NCBI GenBank assembly: GCA_963579235.1
Contig: CAUZFM010000001.1
Coordinates: 1 to 58,637 of the forward strand
Direction of reading: 5' to 3'
Length of the DNA stretch: 58,637 nucleotides
Source: an uncultured Candidatus Binatia bacterium
Lineage (GTDB): Bacteria; Desulfobacterota; Binatia; UBA1149
Notes under the pieces: generated by a model
The model's database searches: none
The model's input: the letters and a program-made list of their open reading frames with translations, nothing else
Told to the model about the DNA's origin: nothing
In this document: piece by piece, positions 1 to 10,004 of the stretch
Position numbering within the stretch: position 1 is the first letter of the stretch
Layout of the letters: every line of letters starts with the position of its first letter
Translations under genes and position numbers: made by a program

Positions 1-2
1 TC

Positions 3-131
3 GTTATGGGGGACCGTTTCGCGGGGCCAGCGTTGGTGACCGAGTACAGTTCGACCTCGCTGATCGCTACCGGCTGGACCGCCCACGTGGACCCCGAGTC
101 TAACCTGCGGCTGGAGAAAGACGGTGGCTGA
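3..131 (+). CDS. Hydantoinase A / oxoprolinase subunit, C-terminal fragment (gene runs off the 5' edge)
   Basis: Open frame from the window edge reads ...GDRFAGPALVTEYSSTSLIATGWTAHVDPESNLRLEKDGG*. Its stop overlaps the GTG start of the HyuB-family gene at 124, the usual HyuA-HyuB arrangement. Confidence 0.5.
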   Translation, partial: VMGDRFAGPALVTEYSSTSLIATGWTAHVDPESNLRLEKDGG

Positions 132-1770
132 ACGCTTCGATCCCGTCGAGCTCGAGCTCTTCAGCAACCGCCTGGTCGCGGTGGCCGAAGAAATGGGCAC
201 CGTGCTCTGCCAGGCCGGCTTCTCGCCCAACATCAAGGAGCGCCGCGATTTTTCCTGCGCAATTTTTGATGCAGCGGGCGGCATGGTGTCGCACGCTGCG
301 CACATACCGGTGCACCTCGGCTCGACACCCTTGTCGGTCAAGGCAGCCATCGAGGCCATGGCGGCTGACAGCGGGGACGTTCTCGCCGGCGACATCATGC
401 TGCTCAACGACCCCTACTCGGGCGGCACCCACCTGCCCGACCTCACCGTGGTGGCGCCGGTCTTTCTCGCCGGCCACCACAAGTCGAGCAGGGCCGGGAG
501 CGCTCGCCGACCCTTTGCCTGGCTGGCGGCCCGCGCCCATCACGCCGACATGGGTGGCCACGCACCCGGTTCGATGGCGCTGTGCACCGACATCCACCAG
601 GAGGGATTCCGCATACCGCCGGTTCACCTCTACCGGGGTGGCCGCGTGGTGCGCGAAACGATGGAGCTGTTCCTGGCCAACACCCGAGTGCCCGCCGAGA
701 GGATGGGCGACCTTGACGCCCAGGTCGCGGCCCTGCGCAGCGGTGATCAGCGCCTGTCCGAACTGGCGACTCGCTTCGGCCCGGCGCGTATCACTCGTGC
801 CATGAAGGAGCTGCAGGATTACTCGCACCGCCTGGTCGAGGCCATGATCAAGAAGCTCCCCATCGGCGAGTTCAGCGCCCGCGACTCACTCGATAACGAC
901 GGTATTGACCCGCAGCCACTGCGACTTTCGGTCACGCTACGGCGGCGGGGCAAACGCCTGGAGATCGACCTGCGAGACTGCTCCCCCCAATGCCGGGGCC
1001 CGCTCAACGCCAACCTCGCGGTGACCACGTCGGCGGTTTTTTATGTCGTGGCCTGTCTCGCCGGCAGCCGGGTACCGGCCAACCGCGGCATGATGGAGCC
1101 GGTAGACATACTCACCACACCGGGCACGCTCGTGGACTGCCGCTTTCCGGCAGCCGTGGCAGGAGGCAACGTCGAAACCTCGCAGCGTATAGTAGACCTG
1201 TTGCTGCGGGCCCTGGCCCGCGCGCTGCCCGGTCGTGTGCCGGCGGCGAGCTCGGGCACGATGAACAACCTGACGCTCGGAGGTTGGGACGTGCAACGTG
1301 ATCGCCACTTTGCCTACTACGAAACGGTGGCGGGTGGAGCCGGCGCCGGACCGTCAGGTCCGGGCTGCCACGCGCTGCACACCCACATGACCAACACGCT
1401 CAACACGCCCGTGGAACTGCTCGAGTCCTACTACCCCCTGAGGGTAATCCGTTACGGGCTGCGAAGGCGCTCCGGCGGGACCGGAAAGCACCGCGGCGGT
1501 GATGGAATAGATCGGGAAATAGAGGTCCTTGTGCCGGCCACGCTGACTCTGCTCGCCGACAGACGGCAAGAGGGCCCCTGGGGGCTGGCGGGCGGAAAGC
1601 CCGGTCTACCGGGCCGCGATACGGTGAGCAGCGGCGGCCGAACGAAAGCCATCGCCTCAAAAACCGAGCTGCAACTGGCCGCCGGCGACCGCGTCCGCGT
1701 GCAGACCCCCGGCGGCGGCGGCTGGGGGCGGATCGGACGGAAGGTAGCGGGCAAAAAAAAGCGGGGCTGA
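124..1770 (+). CDS. hyuB: Hydantoinase B / 5-oxoprolinase (HyuB family)
   Basis: 548 aa. N-terminus MAERFDPVELELFSNRLVAVAEEMG and internal NDPYSGGTHLPD are typical of HyuB / N-methylhydantoinase B. High GC3. Confidence 0.85.
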   Translation: MAERFDPVELELFSNRLVAVAEEMGTVLCQAGFSPNIKERRDFSCAIFDAAGGMVSHAAHIPVHLGSTPLSVKAAIEAMAADSGDVLAGDIMLLNDPYSGGTHLPDLTVVAPVFLAGHHKSSRAGSARRPFAWLAARAHHADMGGHAPGSMALCTDIHQEGFRIPPVHLYRGGRVVRETMELFLANTRVPAERMGDLDAQVAALRSGDQRLSELATRFGPARITRAMKELQDYSHRLVEAMIKKLPIGEFSARDSLDNDGIDPQPLRLSVTLRRRGKRLEIDLRDCSPQCRGPLNANLAVTTSAVFYVVACLAGSRVPANRGMMEPVDILTTPGTLVDCRFPAAVAGGNVETSQRIVDLLLRALARALPGRVPAASSGTMNNLTLGGWDVQRDRHFAYYETVAGGAGAGPSGPGCHALHTHMTNTLNTPVELLESYYPLRVIRYGLRRRSGGTGKHRGGDGIDREIEVLVPATLTLLADRRQEGPWGLAGGKPGLPGRDTVSSGGRTKAIASKTELQLAAGDRVRVQTPGGGGWGRIGRKVAGKKKRG

Positions 1771-1820
1771 CCGAATCGGTTTCCCGTTCTCGATCAACCC
1801 CGCTGTACTGACTTGCCGGG

Positions 1821-2294
1821 TCAGGCCGCTGCTTTACGGCGTGACCCCTTCTCGAGGGAGTCAATCCTGCGCTCAATGGCGGTGAGCCGGCGCTTGACCG
1901 AATCAACATCGCCGCGCACGGGCAGCTTGAGCCACTTGGCCAGGCGCGTGGCCAGCTTGCCGGCTTCCTTCTGAGCACTGGAAGTCAGCTCACGGCGACG
2001 GCCGTTGGTCTCTTTGCGCAGCCCGGTGACCCTCTTGTCGAGCTGGGTCCTGACGTCGTCCAGGCGCTCTTCGATCTGCTCGCGCAGTTCGTCGACGCGA
2101 CCGTTGAGGTCCTCGCGAACTTCGCCGATACTGTCGATCACCTTGTCGACCTGGTCCTGCTGCTGCTCGGTGAGCATGGACACCGCGCGACGTCCAAAAC
2201 GCTCCGCGGCCCCTTCGACCTCACCACGAACCCTGTCCACAGTGTTGGTCACGTTACCGAAAAGCGGCGTGGGTTGCTTCTTTGCTTTTGCCAT
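1821..2294 (-). CDS. Phasin-like (PHA granule-associated, PhaF/PhaI-type) coiled-coil protein
   Basis: 157 aa, highly charged and helical. C-terminal LPVRGDVDSVKRRLTAIERRIDSLEK resembles the conserved phasin C-terminal motif. GGAGGG lies upstream of the ATG. Confidence 0.5.
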   Translation of the reverse strand: MAKAKKQPTPLFGNVTNTVDRVRGEVEGAAERFGRRAVSMLTEQQQDQVDKVIDSIGEVREDLNGRVDELREQIEERLDDVRTQLDKRVTGLRKETNGRRRELTSSAQKEAGKLATRLAKWLKLPVRGDVDSVKRRLTAIERRIDSLEKGSRRKAAA

Positions 2295-2523
2295 TTTTTT
2301 CCCTCCTGTAGTACCGCGTCATCTGGTCCCATCTTTGCCCCCCCAACAGGGGGAGTGCCAGATAGGAACCCGCTCAGGATCACCAATCTAAGTCTGTACC
2401 TAAACCAGAAACGTATCCATGTGCGGACAGCTCGAAAGCTGGCCGTAACGCTTACCTGTGCATTGTTTTACTCACTGCGTCATAAAAGTCAAGGCCGTGT
2501 GCCTGGTTTTGACGCGATGCGGC

Positions 2524-2940
2524 TTATTTGGTGGGTTTTTTCGCCGAAGTTTTTTTTGAGCTCTTGCCTGACTCCTTGCTTGAGCCGCTACCCGGGCTGC
2601 TGTCGGAGCCACTGCTGGACGACGAGCTGGACGACGAGCTGGACGACGAGCTGGACGGCGAGTCAGACGGCGAGTCAGACGGCGAGTCAGACGACGAGCC
2701 GGACGACGAGCCGTCCGACGAAGCGGAGCCCGAATCCTTGGATGAATCGCCCCCGGAGCCTTTCTGGTAGCCCTCCGAGTACCAGCCGCCGCCCTTGAGC
2801 TGAAACGACGACGACGAGATCAGCCGCTTCACCTTGCGCCGGCAACCCTTGGTAGCGCAGCGCGACAGGGGATCGTCAGACATGGACTGGGTGTGTTCAA
2901 AAACCCCGCAGACGGGACACTCGTATTCGTAGATTGGCAC
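2524..2940 (-). CDS. FmdB-family zinc-ribbon protein (CxxC_CxxC_SSSS type) with a long Ser/Gly/Asp-rich tail
   Basis: N-terminus MPIYEYECPVCGVFEH...RCATKGCRRKVKRLISSSSF is the family hallmark. The following ~80 aa are low-complexity Ser-rich. Confidence 0.85.
   Translation of the reverse strand: MPIYEYECPVCGVFEHTQSMSDDPLSRCATKGCRRKVKRLISSSSFQLKGGGWYSEGYQKGSGGDSSKDSGSASSDGSSSGSSSDSPSDSPSDSPSSSSSSSSSSSSSSSGSDSSPGSGSSKESGKSSKKTSAKKPTK
2615..2722. repeat. Tandem 6/12-nt periodic array inside the FmdB-like CDS
   Basis: (ctggacgacgag)x3, (ggcgagtcagac)x3, (gacgagccggac)x2 read directly. On the minus strand it encodes poly-Ser and SDSP repeats. Confidence 0.8.
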
Positions 2941-2991
2941 CTTGGTTAAGCTTCCGTTGTTTTTTGTTTCCCTTGTGGGAACAGAATGAAA

Positions 2992-3843
2992 CTAGGAACG
3001 GCGGCCAGTCGTGTCAACGGCGAGTTCCCTCGACCGCCTCGTGGCGGCCTTCACGGCCGAAGCAACGGTCTGGCTGAACCCCCCGCTGGCGAGAGCGGAG
3101 AGGCCGGCCAGGGTGGTGCCGCCCGGCGACGAAACCGCCTTGCGCAATTCGACGGGCCCCTGCCCGCTCTCAAGCAACATCCTGGCGGCGCCAGCCAGGG
3201 TGTGACAGGCCAGGTGCAAGGCGGTTTCCTGGTCGAGTCCGGCCGCCTTACCACCCCGGGCCAGCGCCTCGGCAAACAGGTAAACATAGGCCGGCCCACT
3301 ACCGCTCAAGCCGGTGACCGCATCCATCAGCTTCTCTTCTTCGACCACGAGCACTTCGCCAACGGCTTCGAACATGGCCCTGGCCACTGCGAGGTCTTTT
3401 CTCCGCGCAGTCGCCCCCGCACAAAGCACCGACATGCCGCTACCCAGCAGGCAGGGGGTGTTGGGCATGACCCGAATAGTGCGCGCGCGCGGCCCCAGGG
3501 CCTTCTCCATGCGCGACAGGCGTACACCGGCCGCGATAGAGATAACCAGCTTGCCGCGCCCGAGCAGCGGCGACAGGCCCGACAGAACCTCGTCCATGAC
3601 CTGTGGTTTTACCGCGAGCACCACCGTCCGGGCGGCCTCGGCAAGCTGCGCGAGATCAGCCGTAACCCTGACTCCGAAGCGCCGCTTGAGCACGCGGCGG
3701 CGGGCCGCGAGGGGCTCGCAGACGACTATTGTCTCTGGTGAAACGCCACCGCCGTCATCGCCCGGCTCCAGCAAGCCCTTGAGCAACGCGGCAGCCATGT
3801 TGCCCCCACCAACAAAACCGACAACCGGCGCCTGCTTGCTCAC
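2992..3843 (-). CDS. proC: Pyrroline-5-carboxylate reductase
   Basis: 283 aa with N-terminal Rossmann motif VGFVGGGNMAAALLKGLL and C-terminal SPGGTTLAGL. Confidence 0.9.
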   Translation of the reverse strand: MSKQAPVVGFVGGGNMAAALLKGLLEPGDDGGGVSPETIVVCEPLAARRRVLKRRFGVRVTADLAQLAEAARTVVLAVKPQVMDEVLSGLSPLLGRGKLVISIAAGVRLSRMEKALGPRARTIRVMPNTPCLLGSGMSVLCAGATARRKDLAVARAMFEAVGEVLVVEEEKLMDAVTGLSGSGPAYVYLFAEALARGGKAAGLDQETALHLACHTLAGAARMLLESGQGPVELRKAVSSPGGTTLAGLSALASGGFSQTVASAVKAATRRSRELAVDTTGRRS

Positions 3844-4541
3844 GACTCGCCCCTTTCTCGCTGTCCGAACACAGCCCTGCCTATCCTTACCATCGTTGAA
3901 CCCTCCATTATCGCGTCCTCGTAGTCAGCCGACATGCCGGCCGATATCTCAACCATCGCTGCCCGCGGCAGCGCGAGCCCCCGCAGTCTTTCCTGCAGTA
4001 ATCGCAGCCGTTCAAACTGCGGGCGCGCCTCCTGCCCCGGGTCGGCCACGCCGGTAACACCTTGGATGCTTAGCCCCGGCATATCGGCCAACTGCCTCAA
4101 GAGCTGCTCGGCCCGGGCCTCTTCTACGCCGGCCCGCCCCTGGCCGCCACCAAGCTTGATCTGCATCAACAAGCGGCAAGGCGCGGCTGCTTCTCCCAGG
4201 GCGACAACAGCGCGCGACAAGGCCTGGCCAGCCGAAGCCGAGTCGATGCCGTGCAGCAGGTAAAAAGCGTCAGCCGCCCGCTTGGCCTTGTTCGACTGCA
4301 GCCGTCCCACGAGGTGCCAGCGAACGTCTTCGAGGCCTGCCATCTGCATACGCGGCAGGGCCTTCTGCAGGTAGTTCTCGCCGAAATCTAGCTGGCCCGC
4401 CCTGGCCGCCTCCAGCAGGGCTTCGTTGGGCTGGTTCTTGGTAACGGCCACCAGCAGCGGTGGCCGGTTGGCACGGCCGGCACGCGCAGCCGCCGCGGCC
4501 AGCCGTTCCCTGACCTCGGCCAGACTATCGGCTACCGCCAC
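3840..4541 (-). CDS. yggS: YggS-family pyridoxal-phosphate-binding protein
   Basis: 233 aa with LVAVTKNQP and FGENYLQ...HLVGRLQSNK motifs. 4-nt overlap with proC. Confidence 0.9.
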   Translation of the reverse strand: MAVADSLAEVRERLAAAAARAGRANRPPLLVAVTKNQPNEALLEAARAGQLDFGENYLQKALPRMQMAGLEDVRWHLVGRLQSNKAKRAADAFYLLHGIDSASAGQALSRAVVALGEAAAPCRLLMQIKLGGGQGRAGVEEARAEQLLRQLADMPGLSIQGVTGVADPGQEARPQFERLRLLQERLRGLALPRAAMVEISAGMSADYEDAIMEGSTMVRIGRAVFGQRERGES

Positions 4542-5154
4542 CGTTTCCCCCTCGTTGCTGCAGCGGCCGAACTCCCCGCCGCGCGAGCGGAGCCTCGAGC
4601 TGCGCCACGGGCAGGCCGATGACGTTGTCCACGCAACCAGCTACCGCAGCCACCAGCGAGCGCCCCAGTCCCTGCACCGCGTAACCACCAGCCTTGTCGT
4701 CGCTTTCGCCCATTGCTACGTAGCGCTCGGCCTCCAATCTCGAAAACTCCCTCATGCGTACCACCGAGCGTGTAAACCCGCAGGCGGGTGGCGCCAGGCC
4801 CGTACCGCCCCCGGCCGCCAGCAGCGCCCAGCCCGTGTAGACCAGGTGGTTGCGGCCCGCGAGCATGAGCAGGTAGTCAACCGCCTGGGCGCGGTCTATA
4901 GGTTTTCCCATCATCATTTCCTCTACCACCACCGTGGTGTCGGCGCCGAGGACTACTTCGCCCGCGTGGCGCCGGCCCACCACCGCGTCGGCCTTCTCCA
5001 GGGCCAGGCGGATAGTGGCGTGCAGTGCTGATTCGCCCAGGCACTGAAGTTCCTCGACCCCGGCTACGTCAATATCGAAACGGTAACCCTCTCGATCGAG
5101 AATCTCGCGCCGCCTTGGCGAGGCAGATGCTAATACGAGGCAGCTGGTATCCAT
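4525..5154 (-). CDS. maf: Maf-like nucleoside-triphosphate pyrophosphatase
   Basis: 209 aa with LVLASASPRRREIL, VLGADTTV and AGGYAVQG motifs. Confidence 0.9.
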   Translation of the reverse strand: MDTSCLVLASASPRRREILDREGYRFDIDVAGVEELQCLGESALHATIRLALEKADAVVGRRHAGEVVLGADTTVVVEEMMMGKPIDRAQAVDYLLMLAGRNHLVYTGWALLAAGGGTGLAPPACGFTRSVVRMREFSRLEAERYVAMGESDDKAGGYAVQGLGRSLVAAVAGCVDNVIGLPVAQLEAPLARRGVRPLQQRGGNGGGSR

Positions 5155-5201
5155 GACCTGTATTCTTAAACCCGCTCAGGTAAAGTCAAAAAGGAGACCA
5201 C

Positions 5202-7355
5202 GTGCTTACCAGAGTTAAAGCGCTTTCCGTCCTGCTTACAGCCACGCTGCTGGCCCCGGCCGTTACCGCCTGCAGCGCCGGAACGGCACCCGAAAAATCC
5301 CTGCTCGGCAGATCTGACGCCAGCCACGCCGCCCAGCTGGGATCTGCGGTGACGGCCCTGTCGGCCAGCGGGGGCGACGACCCGGCCCTTGCCCGGCGCA
5401 CCCTGCTCACCCTGAAAAACGACTTCGCCCTGCTGCAGGACTACGTGCTCTACTTCCTGGCCCGCAGCAGGCTCGCTGCTACCAGCTTGAGCGCCGAGGC
5501 GGCCGCCGATGAAAAGGCTGCAGCTGCCGCTGAACTCGAGAAGCTGCTGGCGCTGGCACCCGACTCACCGATAGCGCCCGCCAGCGCAGCGCTGCTGGTC
5601 GGCCTGCCGGAAACAGCAGACGCCCGCGTACTCGAGCTGGCCGAAAAATACCGCGGCGGGACCACCCTCAACGCCGATTTTGCGGCCATCGCGGTGGCGG
5701 CCGCGCGCCGCCTGCAGGCCTCGGACCCCCGGCGTTCGCTCGAGCTGGCCAACCGCGCCAGGGCAAGAGACCCCGGTGGTCAATCGGGCAGGCTGGCCGC
5801 CGAGCTGGCATCCGATCTGCAAATTGACAACCCGAAACTGCTGCCGACCAGCGCCGAGCAGCTGGTGGCCGAGACCCGGCTGCTGGGTGCCGAGGGCAGG
5901 CACAGCCAACGCGTGGCGATGCTGGACAAGCTGCTCAAGGACTTTCCGCGCCACCCATCGCGCACGACTTCGATTCTCGGCCGGGCCCGCTCGACCGCGG
6001 CCCTGAAAGATAAGCAGGCGGCGGCCTGGTGGCTGTCGCAGAAATCTGCGGGCGAAAGCGACCCGGGCCGGTCGGCGCGACTGCTGTACGAGTCGGCGGT
6101 GTACAGCTGGAACGCGAACCAGTCGACGCTGGCCCTGCAACGCTTCGAAAAATTTCTGTCGCTGGGATCGGGGCTGGACGAAGAGCACAAAGCCCACTAC
6201 GCCTCGGGCCGCATCCACGAGTCGGCCCGCCGGTACAACAGCGCGGCCGCCCACTATCGCTCGGCCGAAAAAAGCCCTGACCAACACACCAGCAGTGAGT
6301 CCGCGTGGCGGGCCGGTTGGGCCTCGTACCGGGCGGGCAACTACCCTGGCGCGGCGTGGAAGTTCGGTCTCATCGTGCAGGCCACCAAGCCCCCCGCCCG
6401 TGGGTCGGGAGTCAGCAGGCCCTCCAGCCCGAGTGGACGCGAAGGCGCCCTGTACTGGAAAGCCCGCTCCATTGAACGTGCGGCGGGCAAGACCAGTACC
6501 GAGGCACTGGCCGTGTACCGGCAGCTGCTGGCCGAGTTTCCCGACGGCTTTTATTCCTGGCTGGTCGAGCAGCGGCTCCCGCTCAAGGCGCCCGCGGCCA
6601 CGGTCGAAAATCTTCCACGCTCAACGGCCACGCTTGACGCCCCTGCACGGCGCACGCTGGCGCGGGCGGAGGCACTGAGAATCGCCGGCCTGGGCCACCA
6701 CGGGGCCACCGAAACCGCTCGGCTGACGAGCGGCCGCAGCAGCGAGCAACTGCTGGCCCTGTTGCCGCAGCTAGCCACGTCGGGTGCCTGGAACAGCAGC
6801 CTGCGCGTGGCACTGCAGCTCTATCGCAAGGGCCTGCTCAACGATGCCCAGCTGTACCCGTTTCTCTACCCCAGGGCCCACGCCGACATCGTGGGGCGCG
6901 AAGCGGGTCGCTGGAAGATCCGCCCCTCGCTGGTCTACGCGCTGATGAAACAGGAAAGCGTTTTTGACGCGCACGCCACCTCGCCGGCCGCTGCCTACGG
7001 ATTGATGCAACTGCTCTTGCCCACCGCCAGGCGGGTGGCCAGAACAACGGACCGGGCAGAGCCTTCGCGCGACGACCTCTTCGTGCCCGACGTCAACATC
7101 GCGCTGGGCACGGCCTACCTCGCCTCGCTCGCGCGGCGCTTCAACGACAACCCCGTCCTCATGCTGGCCGGTTACAACGCGGGCGAGAACGCGGCGCAAC
7201 GCTGGCTCGACCGGCTGGACGGCCTCGACGTGGACGAGTTCATCGAAAGAATTTCCTACCGTGAGACCCGTGGCTACGTGAAAAAGGTTCTCCGCAACGC
7301 TCGCAATTTTGAGCGAGTGTATGGCTCCAGCGGCGAGAGCGCTGCCGGAAAATAG
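5202..7355 (+). CDS. slt: Soluble lytic murein transglycosylase (Slt70-like, SLT domain)
   Basis: 717 aa with a signal/lipobox-like N-terminus. C-terminal catalytic motifs are LMKQESVFDAHATSPAAAYGLMQLL and AGYNAGENAA. Confidence 0.85.
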   Translation: MLTRVKALSVLLTATLLAPAVTACSAGTAPEKSLLGRSDASHAAQLGSAVTALSASGGDDPALARRTLLTLKNDFALLQDYVLYFLARSRLAATSLSAEAAADEKAAAAAELEKLLALAPDSPIAPASAALLVGLPETADARVLELAEKYRGGTTLNADFAAIAVAAARRLQASDPRRSLELANRARARDPGGQSGRLAAELASDLQIDNPKLLPTSAEQLVAETRLLGAEGRHSQRVAMLDKLLKDFPRHPSRTTSILGRARSTAALKDKQAAAWWLSQKSAGESDPGRSARLLYESAVYSWNANQSTLALQRFEKFLSLGSGLDEEHKAHYASGRIHESARRYNSAAAHYRSAEKSPDQHTSSESAWRAGWASYRAGNYPGAAWKFGLIVQATKPPARGSGVSRPSSPSGREGALYWKARSIERAAGKTSTEALAVYRQLLAEFPDGFYSWLVEQRLPLKAPAATVENLPRSTATLDAPARRTLARAEALRIAGLGHHGATETARLTSGRSSEQLLALLPQLATSGAWNSSLRVALQLYRKGLLNDAQLYPFLYPRAHADIVGREAGRWKIRPSLVYALMKQESVFDAHATSPAAAYGLMQLLLPTARRVARTTDRAEPSRDDLFVPDVNIALGTAYLASLARRFNDNPVLMLAGYNAGENAAQRWLDRLDGLDVDEFIERISYRETRGYVKKVLRNARNFERVYGSSGESAAGK

Positions 7356-7361
7356 AACAGC

Positions 7362-8780
7362 TCAGCCGCCGAGAGCGGCCAGCAGACGGCGCGGGAGATC
7401 TCCAAAAGCGCCGTTGGACATGCACAGCACCACGTCGCCCGCTCTGAGCTCGCCCGGCAGACGGTCGAGTATGGCGTCGGGGCCGTCGGCCTGCCAGGCC
7501 GGGGTACCCGTGCTGTTCAGCTCCTCAACCACGGCCTCGGTGTCGAGCGCTTCGCCCTCGGCCAGGGTATCGTTCTCCTTGTGGAACACCTCGCTCAGGA
7601 CGACTCGGTCGGCCAGGGCCAGGGCCTCGGTATAACGAGCCTGGAAGACCGACCTGCGGCTGGTGTTGGAGCGCGGTTCGAACACCGCCCACACCTTGCG
7701 CCCGTTGTAGGCGTCGGCCATGGCAGCCAGGCTGCCGGCAACCGCGGTGGGGTGATGGGCAAAGTCATCGATCACGTCCACGCCCGCAGCGCTGCCCACC
7801 AGCTCCTGCCTCCTGGCCGCACCCCGGTACCCCGCCAAAGCTTCGGCCACGGCAGCGTCGGATATACCGAGCTGTCTCGAAAGCACGAACACCGCCAGTG
7901 CGTTGAGCACGTTGATGCTACCGTGAAGCCGCAGCTGCAAGCGTGGGCCCAGCTCACCTTCAAGCGACGGGCGGAACGAACTGCCGGCTGAACCGTGCTC
8001 GAGTTCTGCGGGCCTCCACTGGTTGTTGTCGCCGCAACCGTAACTGATCAAGCCCGGCCGCGGCGACGAACCAAACAGGTCGAGCAGGTGGGGATAGTCG
8101 CCGCAAACCACCAGCGGGGCGCCTTCGGGCAGCAACTCGACCAGGCGCGCAAACGAACTCTTGACGTGCTCCACGTCGCGGTAGATGTCGGCGTGGTCGA
8201 ACTCAACGCTGGTGATTATGCTCGCCGCCGGCTGGTAGTGAACAAACTTGGGGCCCTTATCGAAGTAGGCCGAGTCGTACTCGTCGCCCTCGATGGCAAA
8301 CCAGGCGCCCGTCCGGCCCGGCCGCGCCAAGCCTCCGAGGTCGCGCACCAGGCCACCCACCAGGTAGCCGGGGTCCTCGCCCGCGACCTCGAGCACGCGC
8401 GCCAGCATGCCGGTGGTGGTTGTCTTACCGTGCGTACCGGCCACCACCAGGCTACGCCGATCGCGCAGGAAGTAGCGGGCCACCGCCTCGGGGAATGACA
8501 GGCGCGGCAGCCCCAGGCGCTCGACCTCGGCGGCCTCGGGGTTGCTGGCCGACACCGCGTTGCCAATGACGACCACGTCGGGCAGGGGGTCGAGATGGTC
8601 GGCCGAAAAACCTTCGAGTATCTCTATGCCGGCGTCGGCCAGCACCTGCCCCATGGGCGGATAGGAAGCCTTGTCGGAACCGCTCACTGTGTAGCCCGAC
8701 TGCTTGAGCATGACGGCCAGCGGCGCCATGCCGACGCCGCAGACAGCCACGAGATGTACGTGTTGTGATTTGCCTGCCAC
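7362..8780 (-). CDS. mpl: UDP-N-acetylmuramate:L-Ala-gamma-D-Glu-meso-DAP ligase (Mpl)
   Basis: HVHLVAVCGVGMAPLAVMLKQSGYTVSGSD...YPPM and GTHGKTTTT (Mur ligase P-loop). The track ORF starts at 8831. I prefer the in-frame GTG at 8780 (MAGKSQHVHL...), which removes the overlap with the upstream gene. Start is uncertain. Confidence 0.85.
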   Translation of the reverse strand: MAGKSQHVHLVAVCGVGMAPLAVMLKQSGYTVSGSDKASYPPMGQVLADAGIEILEGFSADHLDPLPDVVVIGNAVSASNPEAAEVERLGLPRLSFPEAVARYFLRDRRSLVVAGTHGKTTTTGMLARVLEVAGEDPGYLVGGLVRDLGGLARPGRTGAWFAIEGDEYDSAYFDKGPKFVHYQPAASIITSVEFDHADIYRDVEHVKSSFARLVELLPEGAPLVVCGDYPHLLDLFGSSPRPGLISYGCGDNNQWRPAELEHGSAGSSFRPSLEGELGPRLQLRLHGSINVLNALAVFVLSRQLGISDAAVAEALAGYRGAARRQELVGSAAGVDVIDDFAHHPTAVAGSLAAMADAYNGRKVWAVFEPRSNTSRRSVFQARYTEALALADRVVLSEVFHKENDTLAEGEALDTEAVVEELNSTGTPAWQADGPDAILDRLPGELRAGDVVLCMSNGAFGDLPRRLLAALGG

Positions 8781-8787
8781 GACCCGC

Positions 8788-9981
8788 TCAGTCTGCACGC
8801 TTGCGTGACCGCTGTCGAGACAGCGAATCAACGCATTCGAACACTGCGTCGTGCACCGCCGGCCTGAGCGCGGCGATGCCGCGATTGCCGGTATGGGGAT
8901 GAACCCGGTTGCTGAGCAGCACCACGTGCACCCCCCGGTCGCGGTCTATCCACAGCGAGCTGCCGGTGTAGCCCAGGTGCCCCAGCGCGCGCGCGCCGAC
9001 CAGGCTGCCGGCCGTCGAGGCGCCTGGCGTGGGCGTGTCCCAGCCGGGCAGCCAGGTCGAGCCAGGCACCGACGGCTCGGCGTCGAGCAGGTGGCGCAGC
9101 AACCGGCTGTCGAGCAGCACCGAATTGCCAGCCAGTGCGGCCTCGTACTCAGCGGCCAGCAGATGGATGTCCCGGGCCGAGGCAAACAAGCCCGCGTGCC
9201 CGGCCACCCCGCCCATAAGCCAGGCGTTCTCATCCTGCACCTGCCCCTGCACGAGCCGCTGGCGCCACCCGCAGATTCCGCAGGGAGGCACCTCGGCGTC
9301 GGCCTGACCCCGGACGCCTGAGCCCGGACGACGAAAACCAGCGCCTGTGCCAAGCGGTTGCAGCAGCCTCGATGTGATGAACTCGTCGAGATCCTCGCCG
9401 GTGATCTGCTCTACGATGTCACCCAGCAGTATGAAACCGAGATCGCTGTAGCGCGACTCACTGCCGGGTTCGTACACCAGCGGCTGGCGGGCGACCTCGG
9501 CCACCAGGCGCCTGCGACGACGCTTGTCGAAGGTGAATGGCTGCGGCCCGGCCGCGGCAAAATCCGGTGCCTTGAAGTACGGCACCCAGTCGGGCAAGCC
9601 CGAACTGTGGGTGAGCAGCTGGCTGACGGTGACCGAAGCTCCACCTGCTCCCGCACCGGAAAAGGGCCCCGCGCCACCAAAGCCTGGAAAAAAATCGGCC
9701 ACCGGCTGGCCCAGCAGCAAGCGCCCCTCTGCCATGAGCAACACAAGCGAGGCAAATGTAGCCAGGGGCTTGCTGAGTGAGGCCACGTCAAAACGCGTAG
9801 CGGGTATAACCGCGCTGTCTAAGTCAGGGTTCTCGCCCAGTCCCAGGCGACCCCAGCCGCGCTGGTAAATTACGTCCTCCCCCCGGCCTACAAGCAGCAC
9901 CACGCCCGGACTCACGCCCCGGCCCATGGCCTCTTCGACCAGCGACTCCAACCCGGCCCATACTTGTCCGTCCTTACTCAC
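8788..9981 (-). CDS. Serine hydrolase, beta-lactamase class C / AmpH-like family, no obvious signal peptide
   Basis: SxxK motif in FDVASLSKPL, plus SGLPDW and GYTGSSLWID. The track start 10086 overlaps ldcA by 82 nt. The in-frame GTG at 9981 is a more plausible start but is uncertain. Confidence 0.75.
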   Translation of the reverse strand: MSKDGQVWAGLESLVEEAMGRGVSPGVVLLVGRGEDVIYQRGWGRLGLGENPDLDSAVIPATRFDVASLSKPLATFASLVLLMAEGRLLLGQPVADFFPGFGGAGPFSGAGAGGASVTVSQLLTHSSGLPDWVPYFKAPDFAAAGPQPFTFDKRRRRRLVAEVARQPLVYEPGSESRYSDLGFILLGDIVEQITGEDLDEFITSRLLQPLGTGAGFRRPGSGVRGQADAEVPPCGICGWRQRLVQGQVQDENAWLMGGVAGHAGLFASARDIHLLAAEYEAALAGNSVLLDSRLLRHLLDAEPSVPGSTWLPGWDTPTPGASTAGSLVGARALGHLGYTGSSLWIDRDRGVHVVLLSNRVHPHTGNRGIAALRPAVHDAVFECVDSLSRQRSRKRAD

Positions 9982-10004
9982 CTTGCTTAGCTCGTGAAGT
10001 CGGC

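Noticed and set aside
2615-2722. Short tandem repeat array checked as a possible CRISPR or minisatellite locus.
   Set aside because: The period is only 6/12 nt and there are no unique spacers. It lies entirely inside a CDS and encodes a Ser-rich tail. It is not a CRISPR.
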